In this document: positions 48,155 through 57,981 of the stretch, in pieces
Position numbering within the stretch: the first letter of the stretch is position 1
Layout: the number at the start of each line of letters is the position of its first letter
Source: Spirochaetia bacterium
Lineage (GTDB): Bacteria; Spirochaetota; Spirochaetia; CAKZLE01
Reading direction: 5' to 3'
Assembly: GCA_021736385.1 (NCBI GenBank)
Contig: JAIPFY010000006.1
Location: 869-64,868, forward strand
DNA length: 64,000 nt
Notes under the pieces: generated by a model
Databases searched by the model: none
Told to the model about the DNA's origin: nothing
What the model saw: only the letters and a program-made list of their open reading frames with translations
Position numbers and translations under genes: made by a program

Positions 48155-49870
48155 TCAGTCATCACCGTTCGTGTCTTTCTCTTTGAGCAGATCAGCAAAG
48201 GTGAATGTGTCATCTTCATCCTCTGTATGGATGTATTTTGACATTTCCTGCCGCTGAGTCCTTCTGACCAGTTCCTTGATCGACAAAGACAATTTCTGTG
48301 AGTGGATGTTCACGTCAGTGACCACTGCTGTGATGGGATCACCCTCTTTGAAATTGTTGAGAACTGCGTCCGTGTACTCCTCATCAGGTCCGATCAGGTT
48401 GTATTTTGAGATCAGTCCCTCGATATCCCCGATGACCCGGACGAACACGCCGAAATCAGTCACGCCGGTGACTTCACCGTTGATCGTGCTTCCTTTGGGA
48501 TACTCCTGTCTGAGTACTTTCCAGGGATTCTCTTCAAGTTGTTTCACACCCAGTCTGATCCTTCGGTTTCTCGGTTCGACTCGGGTGATCTCCACTTCAA
48601 GGACATCGCCCTCTTTGCAGAATGAACTCATATTCTTCAGTCGTTTGGTCCAGGAGATGTCATCGATATGCAGGAACCCGTCGATGCCCTCTTCCAGGTT
48701 GATGAAGGCACCTGAGTTGGTGACTTTCACTACCGGTCCTGAGACGCGGTGACCTTCAGGGTACTTCTCGGCGATCGAATCCCAGGGATTCTCTTCCACC
48801 TGCTTGATCCCCAGTGAGATCTTCTTGTTATCAAGATCATAGGAGAGGATCTTGGTACTTGCCTTATCACCGACAGAGAAGATCTCTTTCGGGTGTGAGA
48901 TCCGTTTTACCCAGGAGAGCTCAGAGATATGAGCGAGACCTTCGATACCCTCTTCGAGTTCGATGAACACGCCAAAGTCAGTGAGCTTGGTCACGGTCCC
49001 CTCAACGACATCATCCACATGGTATCGTGCATCGAAGGACATCCAGGGATCATCAGTGAAGTGTTTGAGTGACAGGTTGATCTTCTGTGTCTCAGGATCG
49101 ATATTGATCAGCTTGAGAGAGACCTTCTGCCCTTTCTTCACGAAGTCCTTCGGTCTGGTCACATGACCCCAGCTCATATCGTTGATATGCAGCAGGCCGT
49201 CGAATCCACCGAGGTCGATGAATGCACCGAAAGATGTGAAGCTCTTCACCTCACCTTCTACGACGTCTCCCACGGAGACCGTACTGAAGAACTCATCCTT
49301 GCGTTTCTGGATGCTGCGTTCGAGGTATGCTCGTCTGGAGAGCACCGACTTGAGTTTTCTTCCTGTATGCAGTTTATCGATGATGAAGAAATCCTTGATA
49401 CCGATATAGGTCTCAGGATCTTCGACTCGGATCATATCTGCTTTTGAGAGCGGACAGAATCCCTTCAAGTCATGCTGCAGATCGATCTCGAAACCGCCTT
49501 TGATGACTTTCTCAAAGGTACCTTCGACTGGTTCTTCTTTTTCATACGCCTCTTTCAGGCGTTCAGACAGCAGTTTGCCGTCAGCTTTGGTCTTTGAGAC
49601 GATGATCTGTCCGCCGCGACCCTCTTTATTGACAATAACCACTTTGACCGTTTCGCCAACTGTTGGTGTATCAGAGAATTCTTCTACCGGGATACGTCCT
49701 TCAGACTTGTAACCTACATCCACAAAGACGTATTCGCTGTTCACTTGAACAACATGGCCATCTACTAATTGACCGTCTTCGATTCCATCAAGAGATTTCA
49801 GGTATTCTTCCTGTAATAGGTTTTGCATTTCGTTTGTTTTGTCGACATCATGTTCGGTTGCCACTTTCAA
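48155..49870 (-). CDS. rpsA: 30S ribosomal protein S1
   Basis: Six tandem S1 domains, 571 aa. Confidence 0.95.
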   Translation of the reverse strand: MKVATEHDVDKTNEMQNLLQEEYLKSLDGIEDGQLVDGHVVQVNSEYVFVDVGYKSEGRIPVEEFSDTPTVGETVKVVIVNKEGRGGQIIVSKTKADGKLLSERLKEAYEKEEPVEGTFEKVIKGGFEIDLQHDLKGFCPLSKADMIRVEDPETYIGIKDFFIIDKLHTGRKLKSVLSRRAYLERSIQKRKDEFFSTVSVGDVVEGEVKSFTSFGAFIDLGGFDGLLHINDMSWGHVTRPKDFVKKGQKVSLKLINIDPETQKINLSLKHFTDDPWMSFDARYHVDDVVEGTVTKLTDFGVFIELEEGIEGLAHISELSWVKRISHPKEIFSVGDKASTKILSYDLDNKKISLGIKQVEENPWDSIAEKYPEGHRVSGPVVKVTNSGAFINLEEGIDGFLHIDDISWTKRLKNMSSFCKEGDVLEVEITRVEPRNRRIRLGVKQLEENPWKVLRQEYPKGSTINGEVTGVTDFGVFVRVIGDIEGLISKYNLIGPDEEYTDAVLNNFKEGDPITAVVTDVNIHSQKLSLSIKELVRRTQRQEMSKYIHTEDEDDTFTFADLLKEKDTNGDD

Positions 49871-50526
49871 CTCTCCTGATCCGTTTTTTTCCTAAAATTG
49901 ATTATCTTTTTTACTACTTTCTCACAAACTGCATCTATGGTCAAGTACGATGTATCTATATAGTCCGCATCATCCGAAACCCGCAATGCACCGAACTCTT
50001 TTCCCGTATCGATTCTATCTCGTTTCTCTATCTCCTGCTCGATCTCAGTCACTGATAGAGAGGTATCCTGTTGTTTATACCGTCTTTGGGCTCTAATTTC
50101 AATAGATGCATCGAAATAAAATTTGAGTTCTGCGTGGGGAAACACGACTGTGGTGATATCTCTTCCCTCGATGATGATATCGGTATACGAAGCCACCTCC
50201 TGCAAGGCTTTGTTAACACATACCCTCACAGGAATTATAGCTGAGATACGGGCTACATGGGAATCGATGAGGTCGGTATGGAGCTTATCCTCTACCAGTT
50301 CATCATCTATATAGAGCTTGCTGTCTCTGATGGACAGGACAGAGGCTTGTGCCGTCTCTATCAGAGCCTGTTCATCGAACAGGTCTCGATCGTTCTGTAT
50401 GTGCTTATAGGTGATAGCACGATAGAAGTTCCCTGAATTCACGTAGAAGAAGCCGCACTCCTGTGCGATCTTCTGTGCGATGGTACTCTTTCCTACTCCC
50501 GCAGGACCGTCAATAGCGACAATCAT
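49867..50526 (-). CDS. cmk: Cytidylate kinase
   Basis: IVAIDGPAGVGKST P-loop. Tightly linked to rpsA, the conserved cmk-rpsA pair. Confidence 0.9.
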   Translation of the reverse strand: MIVAIDGPAGVGKSTIAQKIAQECGFFYVNSGNFYRAITYKHIQNDRDLFDEQALIETAQASVLSIRDSKLYIDDELVEDKLHTDLIDSHVARISAIIPVRVCVNKALQEVASYTDIIIEGRDITTVVFPHAELKFYFDASIEIRAQRRYKQQDTSLSVTEIEQEIEKRDRIDTGKEFGALRVSDDADYIDTSYLTIDAVCEKVVKKIINFRKKTDQES

Positions 50527-51269
50527 GAATGTTCGACTCCTAGAACGGACTGGATCTCTTCATCGGTCATGAACCTGTAGGAACCGGATGGGAGATTCCC
50601 CAACACAATAGCACCGATACGATCGCGGTGCAATGCCAATATCTGATAACCCAGGTAGGAAAAGATCTTTCGGATCTCCCGGTTCTTGCCCTCTTTGATG
50701 ATCAGCCTGACTTTTCTCGGAGCTATCATCGTGACTTTGAGCATGGTGTAGGAGACCTCATCGATGGTGATGCCGTGCCGTACGATGTGCTCGAGCTTAC
50801 TGAGATCCAACGGCTCTGAGGTGACTACGGTATATTCCTTTTCCACCTCATAGGACGGATGTGCCATCTTCTGGGCGAACGCCCCGTCATTGGTATAGAT
50901 GAGCAGACCTGAGGAGTACATGTCGAGTCGACCGACGTGGAACAGGGAGTTCTTCTGGGGGATATCGATCAGATCACGTGCGAATTCCGTATGGTAGGGG
51001 TCAGCGTTGCTGCTGATGAAACCGGCCGGTTTATGCAGGACGATATAGACCTGTTCTTCAGGAAGTACCAGCTTGTCCTGATAGCGTACTTCATCGTCCC
51101 GATTCACCGTGACTCCCTGGGTATCGATGACTTTGCCGTTCACGCTTATCTCAGCCTGTTCGATGAGTCTCTCGCAATATCTTCTTGAGCCCAGACCGCA
51201 GGTTGCCAGATAGCGCTGCAGTCTCATGGGATAGGCGTTCGGATCCGGGGATCTCTGGTCATTCTTCAT
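50523..51269 (-). CDS. 23S rRNA pseudouridine synthase, RluB/RsuA family
   Basis: S4 domain RLQRYLATCGLGSRR, and the catalytic-Asp motif HVGRLDMYSSGLL. Start chosen at MKNDQ, just downstream of the scpB stop. Confidence 0.85.
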   Translation of the reverse strand: MKNDQRSPDPNAYPMRLQRYLATCGLGSRRYCERLIEQAEISVNGKVIDTQGVTVNRDDEVRYQDKLVLPEEQVYIVLHKPAGFISSNADPYHTEFARDLIDIPQKNSLFHVGRLDMYSSGLLIYTNDGAFAQKMAHPSYEVEKEYTVVTSEPLDLSKLEHIVRHGITIDEVSYTMLKVTMIAPRKVRLIIKEGKNREIRKIFSYLGYQILALHRDRIGAIVLGNLPSGSYRFMTDEEIQSVLGVEHS

Positions 51270-51810
51270 GTTGAAACCTTTGTTCATCGATATCATTGAG
51301 TCTGGGAAGTGATGCGATGCTTGAGAGATTGAAATTCTTAAGGAATTTCGTCGTTGTGCCGTATAGAGATGGTCTTCCCGGACCATCTGAATATCCTACG
51401 ACCCGTATGAGCTCCTTCTCTTTGAGAAGACGCAGGATCGTATCGGAAGAGACTCCCCGAATGGCTTCCACATCCTTACGTGTCACCGGTTGAGAGTACG
51501 CGATGATCGAAAGAGTTTCAAGTGAAGCCCTGGTAAGGCGCTTGTCGATCTTCTTTCCGTATCGCTGTTTCAGTTGCGGCCACAGATCCTTGCTCGGCAG
51601 GAACTGATACTCAGAACCCTGCTGCACCAGTTCTACCCCATGGTTGCCCGCTTGGTAGAAGGCCATGAGATCCTGCATGGCATCTGATATGGTAAGTTCG
51701 GTATACTCAGTGATGTGCACCAGCTTCTCGATGGTCACAGCATCATTCTCCATGAACAGAATGGCCTCCAGGATCCTGGCCTCTTCTGTAAGCTGTATGC
51801 TCCTGCTCAT
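51259..51810 (-). CDS. scpB: Segregation and condensation protein B
   Basis: ILEAILFMENDAVTIEKL ... two winged-helix repeats. Confidence 0.9.
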   Translation of the reverse strand: MSRSIQLTEEARILEAILFMENDAVTIEKLVHITEYTELTISDAMQDLMAFYQAGNHGVELVQQGSEYQFLPSKDLWPQLKQRYGKKIDKRLTRASLETLSIIAYSQPVTRKDVEAIRGVSSDTILRLLKEKELIRVVGYSDGPGRPSLYGTTTKFLKNFNLSSIASLPRLNDIDEQRFQHEE

Positions 51811-52598
51811 GACAGATCCCCCTGTTCTCTCGTGTCCTGATCCGGCCGGCTTTCCGGTGCTCGTCTTCTGATCCGAATATCACCGAAGAGCGAGTTCTGA
51901 TAGATCAGGATCATCTTGAATTTCACCGCCTCGAGTATCGCCAGGAAGGAACAGATCACATCCATCGGCGAATCCTCACGTACGACGATATCCATGAACG
52001 CGATCTCCTCCACGGTCTCGAACAGTTCCTGCATGAGTGCGAGCTTCTCTTTCACCGAGACCTCTTCATACATATTGAAGATCTTCTCCGGTGAGATGTT
52101 CTTCAGCAGGGATGAGAAGGTCTTGAGCAGATCCCACACATCGATCTCATTCCACAGGTCACTGTCTGAGAACGGGAGTACGTTCTGATGTTTGTTCCTG
52201 ATGAAATAGTAGTCATCTTTGGAGTAGCTCTGCTCGATGAGCTGAGCATATTTCTTGAATTTATGGTATTCGATGAGCTTATCGACCAGCTCCTTTCTCG
52301 GGTCCTCGAACTCTTCATCGAAAGAGACCTCGACAGGCAGGAGCATGCGGGATTTGATGTAGATGAGCGTTGCAGCCATCGTATAGAAGTCGGTCAGGTT
52401 ATCAAGATCGATCACTGTGGTATATTTGATGTAGGCAAGATACTGTTCGGTGATCTCCGCGATGGGAATATCATAGATGTTCACTTCTGACTGCTGGATC
52501 AGAAAGAGCAGCAGATCCAATGGTCCTTCGAACGATTGGAGCTTGAATTGAGTCTTCTCTTCTGTTGGCTGCCTGCTTTCTGTCTCTTCGATTTCCAT
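51807..52598 (-). CDS. scpA: Segregation and condensation protein A
   Basis: FEGPLDLLLFLIQQSEVNIYDIPIAEITEQYL is the ScpA N-terminus. Confidence 0.9.
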   Translation of the reverse strand: MEIEETESRQPTEEKTQFKLQSFEGPLDLLLFLIQQSEVNIYDIPIAEITEQYLAYIKYTTVIDLDNLTDFYTMAATLIYIKSRMLLPVEVSFDEEFEDPRKELVDKLIEYHKFKKYAQLIEQSYSKDDYYFIRNKHQNVLPFSDSDLWNEIDVWDLLKTFSSLLKNISPEKIFNMYEEVSVKEKLALMQELFETVEEIAFMDIVVREDSPMDVICSFLAILEAVKFKMILIYQNSLFGDIRIRRRAPESRPDQDTREQGDLS

Positions 52599-52607
52599 CT
52601 ATGGTAT

Positions 52608-53669
52608 CTACTTCTCTGCAGCGATCTCCTCATCGAGATAATGAGTCGGGAACATGATCCTTCGAAGTTTATCTTCTATCTCAGCCATAAGATCCATATG
52701 CTCTACCAGGTACTCTTTAGCGTTCTCTTTACCCTGTCCGATCTTATCGTCACCGCAGGCATACCAGCTGCCGCTCTTCTGGATCAATTCGTATTTCACC
52801 GCAGCATCCAGGATACTCCCCTCATAACTGAGACCTTTCCCGAAGATCAGGTCAAGCTCGACCTTCTTGAACGGTGGAGCCATCTTGTTCTTGACGATCT
52901 TCACTCTGACACGGTTCCCGATAGCCGTATCTGCATTCTTCGAGATCGTCTCGATCCTCCGGACTTCCAGTCGGACAGAAGCGTAGAATTTCAGGGCATT
53001 CCCTCCGGTGGTGGTCTCGGGGTTCCCGAACATGACGCCGATCTTCATACGGATCTGATTGATGAAGATGATACTTGCCTTCGATTTTGACAGGATGCCG
53101 GTCAGCTTTCTCAGAGCCTGACTCATCAGTCTGGCCTGCAGACCCATATGAGAGTCTCCCATCTCCCCATCGATCTCCGCCTGGGGTGTGAGGGCTGCGA
53201 CCGAGTCGACGACGATCAGGTCGATAGCACCTGATCGGATCAATGATTCGGTGATATCCAGGGCTTGTTCTCCGGTATCCGGCTGTGAGATCCACAGGTC
53301 ATCGATCACTACCCCGAGATTCTTCGCATAGGTCGGGTCAAGTGCATGTTCTGCATCGATGAAGGCAGCGATACCGCCCTGTTTCTGGCATTCTGCGATC
53401 GCATGGAGCGCCAGGGTGGTCTTACCTGAGGACTCTGGTCCATACACCTCGATGACCCTGCCCTTCGGATACCCGCCGATCCCTAGGGCCTCATCAAGGA
53501 GGATGGAACCAGAGGGGATATAATCGACAGAAGAATCGATCTCACGATCACCGAATCTCATGAGAGAGCCCTTCCCGAACTGTTTATCGATCTGCAGTTT
53601 TGCTGATTCCAATGCGATCAGTTTGTCATTCCCCGTCGATTGGGCTGCAGGAGTCTTCTTCTTAGCCAT
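52608..53669 (-). CDS. recA: Recombinase RecA
   Basis: [60 protein letters not shown]. Confidence 0.95.
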   Translation of the reverse strand: MAKKKTPAAQSTGNDKLIALESAKLQIDKQFGKGSLMRFGDREIDSSVDYIPSGSILLDEALGIGGYPKGRVIEVYGPESSGKTTLALHAIAECQKQGGIAAFIDAEHALDPTYAKNLGVVIDDLWISQPDTGEQALDITESLIRSGAIDLIVVDSVAALTPQAEIDGEMGDSHMGLQARLMSQALRKLTGILSKSKASIIFINQIRMKIGVMFGNPETTTGGNALKFYASVRLEVRRIETISKNADTAIGNRVRVKIVKNKMAPPFKKVELDLIFGKGLSYEGSILDAAVKYELIQKSGSWYACGDDKIGQGKENAKEYLVEHMDLMAEIEDKLRRIMFPTHYLDEEIAAEK

Positions 53670-53738
53670 TCACGCCTCCAAATTATGTTACGTCACTACT
53701 ATCTATCATACCAGAGAACCTGAAGATCTGATTCAAGA

Positions 53739-54185
53739 TCACGTCGATGAATCGAGGATGATCGTCACCGGTCCATCATTCACATAGTCTATCAACATAT
53801 GGGCTCCGAATACACCCCTTGAAACCGTAAGTTCGTAATCTGATACGAGTATCTTCTCCACCGCGTGATAGAACCTGAGAGCCTTCTCAGGAGCCATGGC
53901 TTCGTTGAAGGAGGGCCGGTTCCCCTTACGGGTATTGGCACAGAGCGTGAACTGGCTGATCAGGAGGATCCCTCCGGAGAGATCACACACCGAACGGTTC
54001 ATCTTCCCCTGTTCATCGGTGAAGATGCGAAGTTGTGCGATCTTTCTGGCGATATAGGAGGCATCCTGATCTGTATCATCCTCATGCACACCAAGATAGA
54101 CGACCAGCCCGTTCCCGATCTCCCCGCATATGTGCTCATCGACTTGTACCGAAGCACGGGTGACTCGCTGTACGACTGCTTTCAT
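53739..54185 (-). CDS. dtd: D-aminoacyl-tRNA deacylase
   Basis: MKAVVQRVTRASV...SQFTL ... GPVT motif. Confidence 0.9.
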   Translation of the reverse strand: MKAVVQRVTRASVQVDEHICGEIGNGLVVYLGVHEDDTDQDASYIARKIAQLRIFTDEQGKMNRSVCDLSGGILLISQFTLCANTRKGNRPSFNEAMAPEKALRFYHAVEKILVSDYELTVSRGVFGAHMLIDYVNDGPVTIILDSST

Positions 54186-54191
54186 CAGGTA

Positions 54192-54857
54192 TCAGGCGTC
54201 CTGCAGGAACTGCACGAATGCGGCGGGATCTTCAGCCCCGAAGAACGCGCTGCCGGCGACGGCGACATCGATGCCTGCTGCCTTGACGGTCCCGATCGTG
54301 GAAGCGTTCACTCCCCCGTCGACCGAAATCAGATAGGTGTGATCAGGATGTTCCTGTCTGAGGGCATGCAGTTCTGCGGCCTTGTTCACACAACTGTCGA
54401 TCAGTCGCTGGCCGCCGTAACCGGGATTGACCGTCATCACCAGTACCAGATCGACTTCGCTCAGCAGTTCCTGTATGAGTACCACTGGCGTTGCAGGGAC
54501 GATCGAGATCCCGACCTTCTTACCGGTCTGTCTGATCTGCTGTACGATGCGATGGGCATGGACCGCTGTCTCAATATGAAAGGTGATATAATCAGAACCG
54601 GCCTGTGCAAAAGCCTCTATCTGTCTCTCAGGGTCGTTCACCATCAGATGCGTATCAAAGATCAGATCGCTCTTGTTCCGTATATCACTGACGAACTTAT
54701 CCCCGAAGGTGATCCCTGGAACGAACTGCCCATCCATGACATCCAGGTGTACCCAGGATGCTCCGGACCGTTTTATCGTATGCAGGTCTTCGGTGATCTG
54801 TGAGAAATCTGCTGATAGTACCGAGGGTGCTACTATGAGTCTTTGTTGTGTTTTCAT
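54192..54857 (-). CDS. rpe: Ribulose-phosphate 3-epimerase
   Basis: APSVLSADF, HLDVMDG, MTVNPGYGGQ. Start chosen at MKTQQRL within ORF 54192..54872. Confidence 0.9.
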   Translation of the reverse strand: MKTQQRLIVAPSVLSADFSQITEDLHTIKRSGASWVHLDVMDGQFVPGITFGDKFVSDIRNKSDLIFDTHLMVNDPERQIEAFAQAGSDYITFHIETAVHAHRIVQQIRQTGKKVGISIVPATPVVLIQELLSEVDLVLVMTVNPGYGGQRLIDSCVNKAAELHALRQEHPDHTYLISVDGGVNASTIGTVKAAGIDVAVAGSAFFGAEDPAAFVQFLQDA

Positions 54858-55163
54858 ACTGTTATATATCAAAAATATGATTTATGCGCAATCATTTACT
54901 AATTCGAAACATAAAAACCCCATAAATTATTGAAAGTATAATGTTTTTACGGTAATGTATATAAAGAAGGTAAGAGCTTTGTGTTTATTAATCTTTTCTC
55001 TTGCATCGTCAAGGTGTGACTGATCAATAAATCTAAGAAACGTATATGGTATAGAAGATCTCTAAGTTCCTCGATACCATGTTCCTGTGCAATGAACTCT
55101 ATGCCTGCTGAATACGTAAAACATTATCATACGATGAGTAATATATAATTTGGAGAAATAAGA

Positions 55164-57833
55164 ATGATTGAAAAGATTCAAGAGCTTCTGCACGAAGAAA
55201 AATGGACGCGGGCAACGATCAACAGTTATTCCGTGCATAATTTCACTGAACTTGCCGAGATCGTCGAGCAGATCAGTGAAGATAATCTGCTCGAAATAAA
55301 GGATATGTGCGATGAGCATCTCGTACATACCAAGAACAGCATCATTGCACTGTATATCTCGGGGATCATATCCCTGAAGAAGCACTTTATCGATGACTCG
55401 AATCTGCTTCAGCTCATCAATCTTTTTTATGATAACCGTAAATGGAACATCGTAGAACACCTCTGTAATGAGACCCTCTCCTTCGGAGAGAACCGTATCG
55501 CTCTGCGTCTGCTTGCTGACTGTTATGACAATCAGGGGAAAGAAGACGAGAAGTTCGTCATCTGGGAACGACTGATCAAGATCGATTATGAAGAGACTGA
55601 CATCCTGAAGACCCTTGCTGAGAAGTATGAGCTGGAAGATAATATCGAGAAAGCCATCGATTACTATAAGAAATGCATGCACAGATTCATCAACAAGAGG
55701 AGTTTCGCTCAGATCAAGGAGATCTGGGGAAAATTCATCGAGTACATCCCGGAAGAGTATGAATACCTGCTCAACATCAACAGCAGGATCCAGAAAGGGA
55801 TCAATCAGGAACGTGCTGCACAACTGCTTGACGATCTGTATAGCTATTACAGTGAACGACAGGAGTGGGACCGTTCCATCGAGATCCTGAAACTCATCCT
55901 TTCCTACCAGCCGAACAATACCGTTGCACGAACGAGTATCATCGCCTGCTTCAAAGAGAAGTATAAAGATCACAGCAAGCTTGCCAGCTACATCGAGAAA
56001 TCGAATCTGACACAGGCCTATCGTGACATCCAGACTGCCATTGAGGAGTTCGAGAAGCATATCTCCTTTGACCAGGGTACCTTCGTCTATCACAAGACCT
56101 GGGGTATCGGTCGAATCAAATCACTCAAGAACGAATCTCTGGTGATCGATTTCGCATCCAAACGCAATCACCCCATGACCCTCAAGATGTCCATAAAAGC
56201 ATTGAAGGTCCTGCCAAAGAATCATATATGGGTCATCAAGAGTATCTTCCCGAAAGAGAAGCTGAAAGAGAAGGTCAAGAAGGATATCCCCTGGGCATTG
56301 AGGACTGTCGTGCTGAGTTTTGACAACTCCCTGAGTCTCAAGAAGATCAAGGCGGAGCTGGTCCCATCGATCCTGACTCCCAATGAGTGGCTCTCCTGGA
56401 ACAACAATGCGAAGAAGATCCTCAAGACCGATCCCCTCTTCAGCATCAATCCGGACTCCTCTGATGAGTACATGGTCAGGTCCACTCCCATCACCTATGA
56501 TGAGAAGACCCTCAACATCTTCAAGGGTGAGAAGGATATCTATCATAAGATCAAGATCGTGAAGGATTTCCTGGAGAACAGTGATCCTGAATCAGACTAC
56601 TTCGCTGAGGTCTTCTCCTACTTCACCGGTATCCTCAAGAGTTTCTCCTCCATCAATGATACGGTAGTCGCCTGTTATCTCTATGTGATGAAGCTGATGA
56701 AACAGTATCCGTTCCTGAGCCAGAACCTGGAGATCTCCTTCAAGGACCTCTATAACGAGATCGATCAGGTAGATGCGCTGTTCAATGCCATCAATGATAC
56801 CGAGCTGAAGAAGTGCTTCCTCGAAGAGGTGAAGAACAACTTCGAACAGTGGCCGCAGATCTACAAGGATCTGTTCAAGTATTATCAGTCTTCATACATC
56901 CTCGATATGCTCTTCAACAACAAACAGCGTGATGTGGCTCTATCGATCTTCACGAACGCCTATTCCAGCTATAAAGAGGATCCTGAGACGTGCCTCTGGC
57001 TGATCAAGAACTACAGCAAGGATTTCTGGATCGACAAGGTCGGCATCAGCTATGACCGATTGATCATCTCCATGCTCCATATGCTCGACATCAGTTATCG
57101 TGCGATCGAGAACAAGAAAGAAGTCAGCAAGAACAGAAAACTCTCAAAGAACATCTACACCATCATGTTCGAAGATGGGGAACTGCTCGCCTACTTCAGG
57201 ACCTGTGATGTCAACTCAGTTCAGCGGATCTACCCGCTGGTCAATGAGATCTCTGATCTCGCACCTGCACGGAAGATAGAGATCAAGCATATCATCAAGG
57301 AACGATTCCCTGAGTATCTGTTCCAGAACGATTCGAACACCACTTCCAATATCTCCGGAGGACTGCTGGTCACCATGACCAAACTCAAGGATAAGGAAGA
57401 AGAACTCAGATATCTCTCTGAGGTTGCAATACCTGAGAACTCCAAAGAGATCGGTGATGCACGACTGCTGGGAGACCTCAAGGAGAATGCTGAATACATC
57501 GCGGGGAAAGAGAAGCAGGAACTGCTCAATATCGCCATCGGCAAGCTGAAAGAGGAACTGTCAAAAGCGGTGGTGTTCAACCCCGAAGAGACGAACACCT
57601 CGAAGATCTCCTTTGGTACACGAGTCGTGCTGTTCAACAGGAAGGCAGAGAAGAATGAGACGATCATCATCCTCGGACCCTGGGAATCAGATCCCAAGAA
57701 TAACATCATCTCGTATCTCGCACCTTTTGGAGCTGCCCTCATAGCACATACGGTCGGTGAGCATCTGGATTTCACTATCAATGAACGTGATTATTCATAT
57801 GATGTCGTCTCGATCGAGAAGTACCTGGACTAG
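55164..57833 (+). CDS. greA: Large GreA/GreB-family transcription elongation factor (about 890 aa, spirochete type)
   Basis: The C-terminal roughly 160 aa, ...KDKEEELRYLSEVAIPENSKEIGDARLLGDLKENAEYIAGKEKQELLNIAIGKLKEEL..FGTRVVLFNRK..IILGPWESDP..SYLAPFGAALIAHTVGEHLDF, form a GreA coiled-coil plus FKBP-like domain. They sit behind an N-terminal extension of about 700 aa. Confidence 0.75.
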   Translation: MIEKIQELLHEEKWTRATINSYSVHNFTELAEIVEQISEDNLLEIKDMCDEHLVHTKNSIIALYISGIISLKKHFIDDSNLLQLINLFYDNRKWNIVEHLCNETLSFGENRIALRLLADCYDNQGKEDEKFVIWERLIKIDYEETDILKTLAEKYELEDNIEKAIDYYKKCMHRFINKRSFAQIKEIWGKFIEYIPEEYEYLLNINSRIQKGINQERAAQLLDDLYSYYSERQEWDRSIEILKLILSYQPNNTVARTSIIACFKEKYKDHSKLASYIEKSNLTQAYRDIQTAIEEFEKHISFDQGTFVYHKTWGIGRIKSLKNESLVIDFASKRNHPMTLKMSIKALKVLPKNHIWVIKSIFPKEKLKEKVKKDIPWALRTVVLSFDNSLSLKKIKAELVPSILTPNEWLSWNNNAKKILKTDPLFSINPDSSDEYMVRSTPITYDEKTLNIFKGEKDIYHKIKIVKDFLENSDPESDYFAEVFSYFTGILKSFSSINDTVVACYLYVMKLMKQYPFLSQNLEISFKDLYNEIDQVDALFNAINDTELKKCFLEEVKNNFEQWPQIYKDLFKYYQSSYILDMLFNNKQRDVALSIFTNAYSSYKEDPETCLWLIKNYSKDFWIDKVGISYDRLIISMLHMLDISYRAIENKKEVSKNRKLSKNIYTIMFEDGELLAYFRTCDVNSVQRIYPLVNEISDLAPARKIEIKHIIKERFPEYLFQNDSNTTSNISGGLLVTMTKLKDKEEELRYLSEVAIPENSKEIGDARLLGDLKENAEYIAGKEKQELLNIAIGKLKEELSKAVVFNPEETNTSKISFGTRVVLFNRKAEKNETIIILGPWESDPKNNIISYLAPFGAALIAHTVGEHLDFTINERDYSYDVVSIEKYLD

Positions 57834-57870
57834 CACCCCGAAGCAGCTCACACCTGAGCAGACCAACGAA

Positions 57871-57908
57871 GACCCCCTGCATCGATGATCCATCTGATGC
57901 AGGGGGTC
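57871..57908. terminator. Bidirectional terminator hairpin between convergent greA and murJ
   Basis: Perfect 13-bp inverted repeat gaccccctgcatc / gatgcagggggtc, followed on the + strand by TCTGTTGT. Confidence 0.5.
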
Positions 57909-57981
57909 TCTGTTGTACAGAAGGGAGCACGCATTGCTACGTATAGCCCGAGGGATGTGAGAGAACTTCAGATATCAGATC

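Noticed and set aside
55062-56093. 343-aa minus-strand ORF inside greA
   Set aside because: Antisense shadow. The + strand frame is continuous for 889 aa and ends in a recognisable GreA domain.
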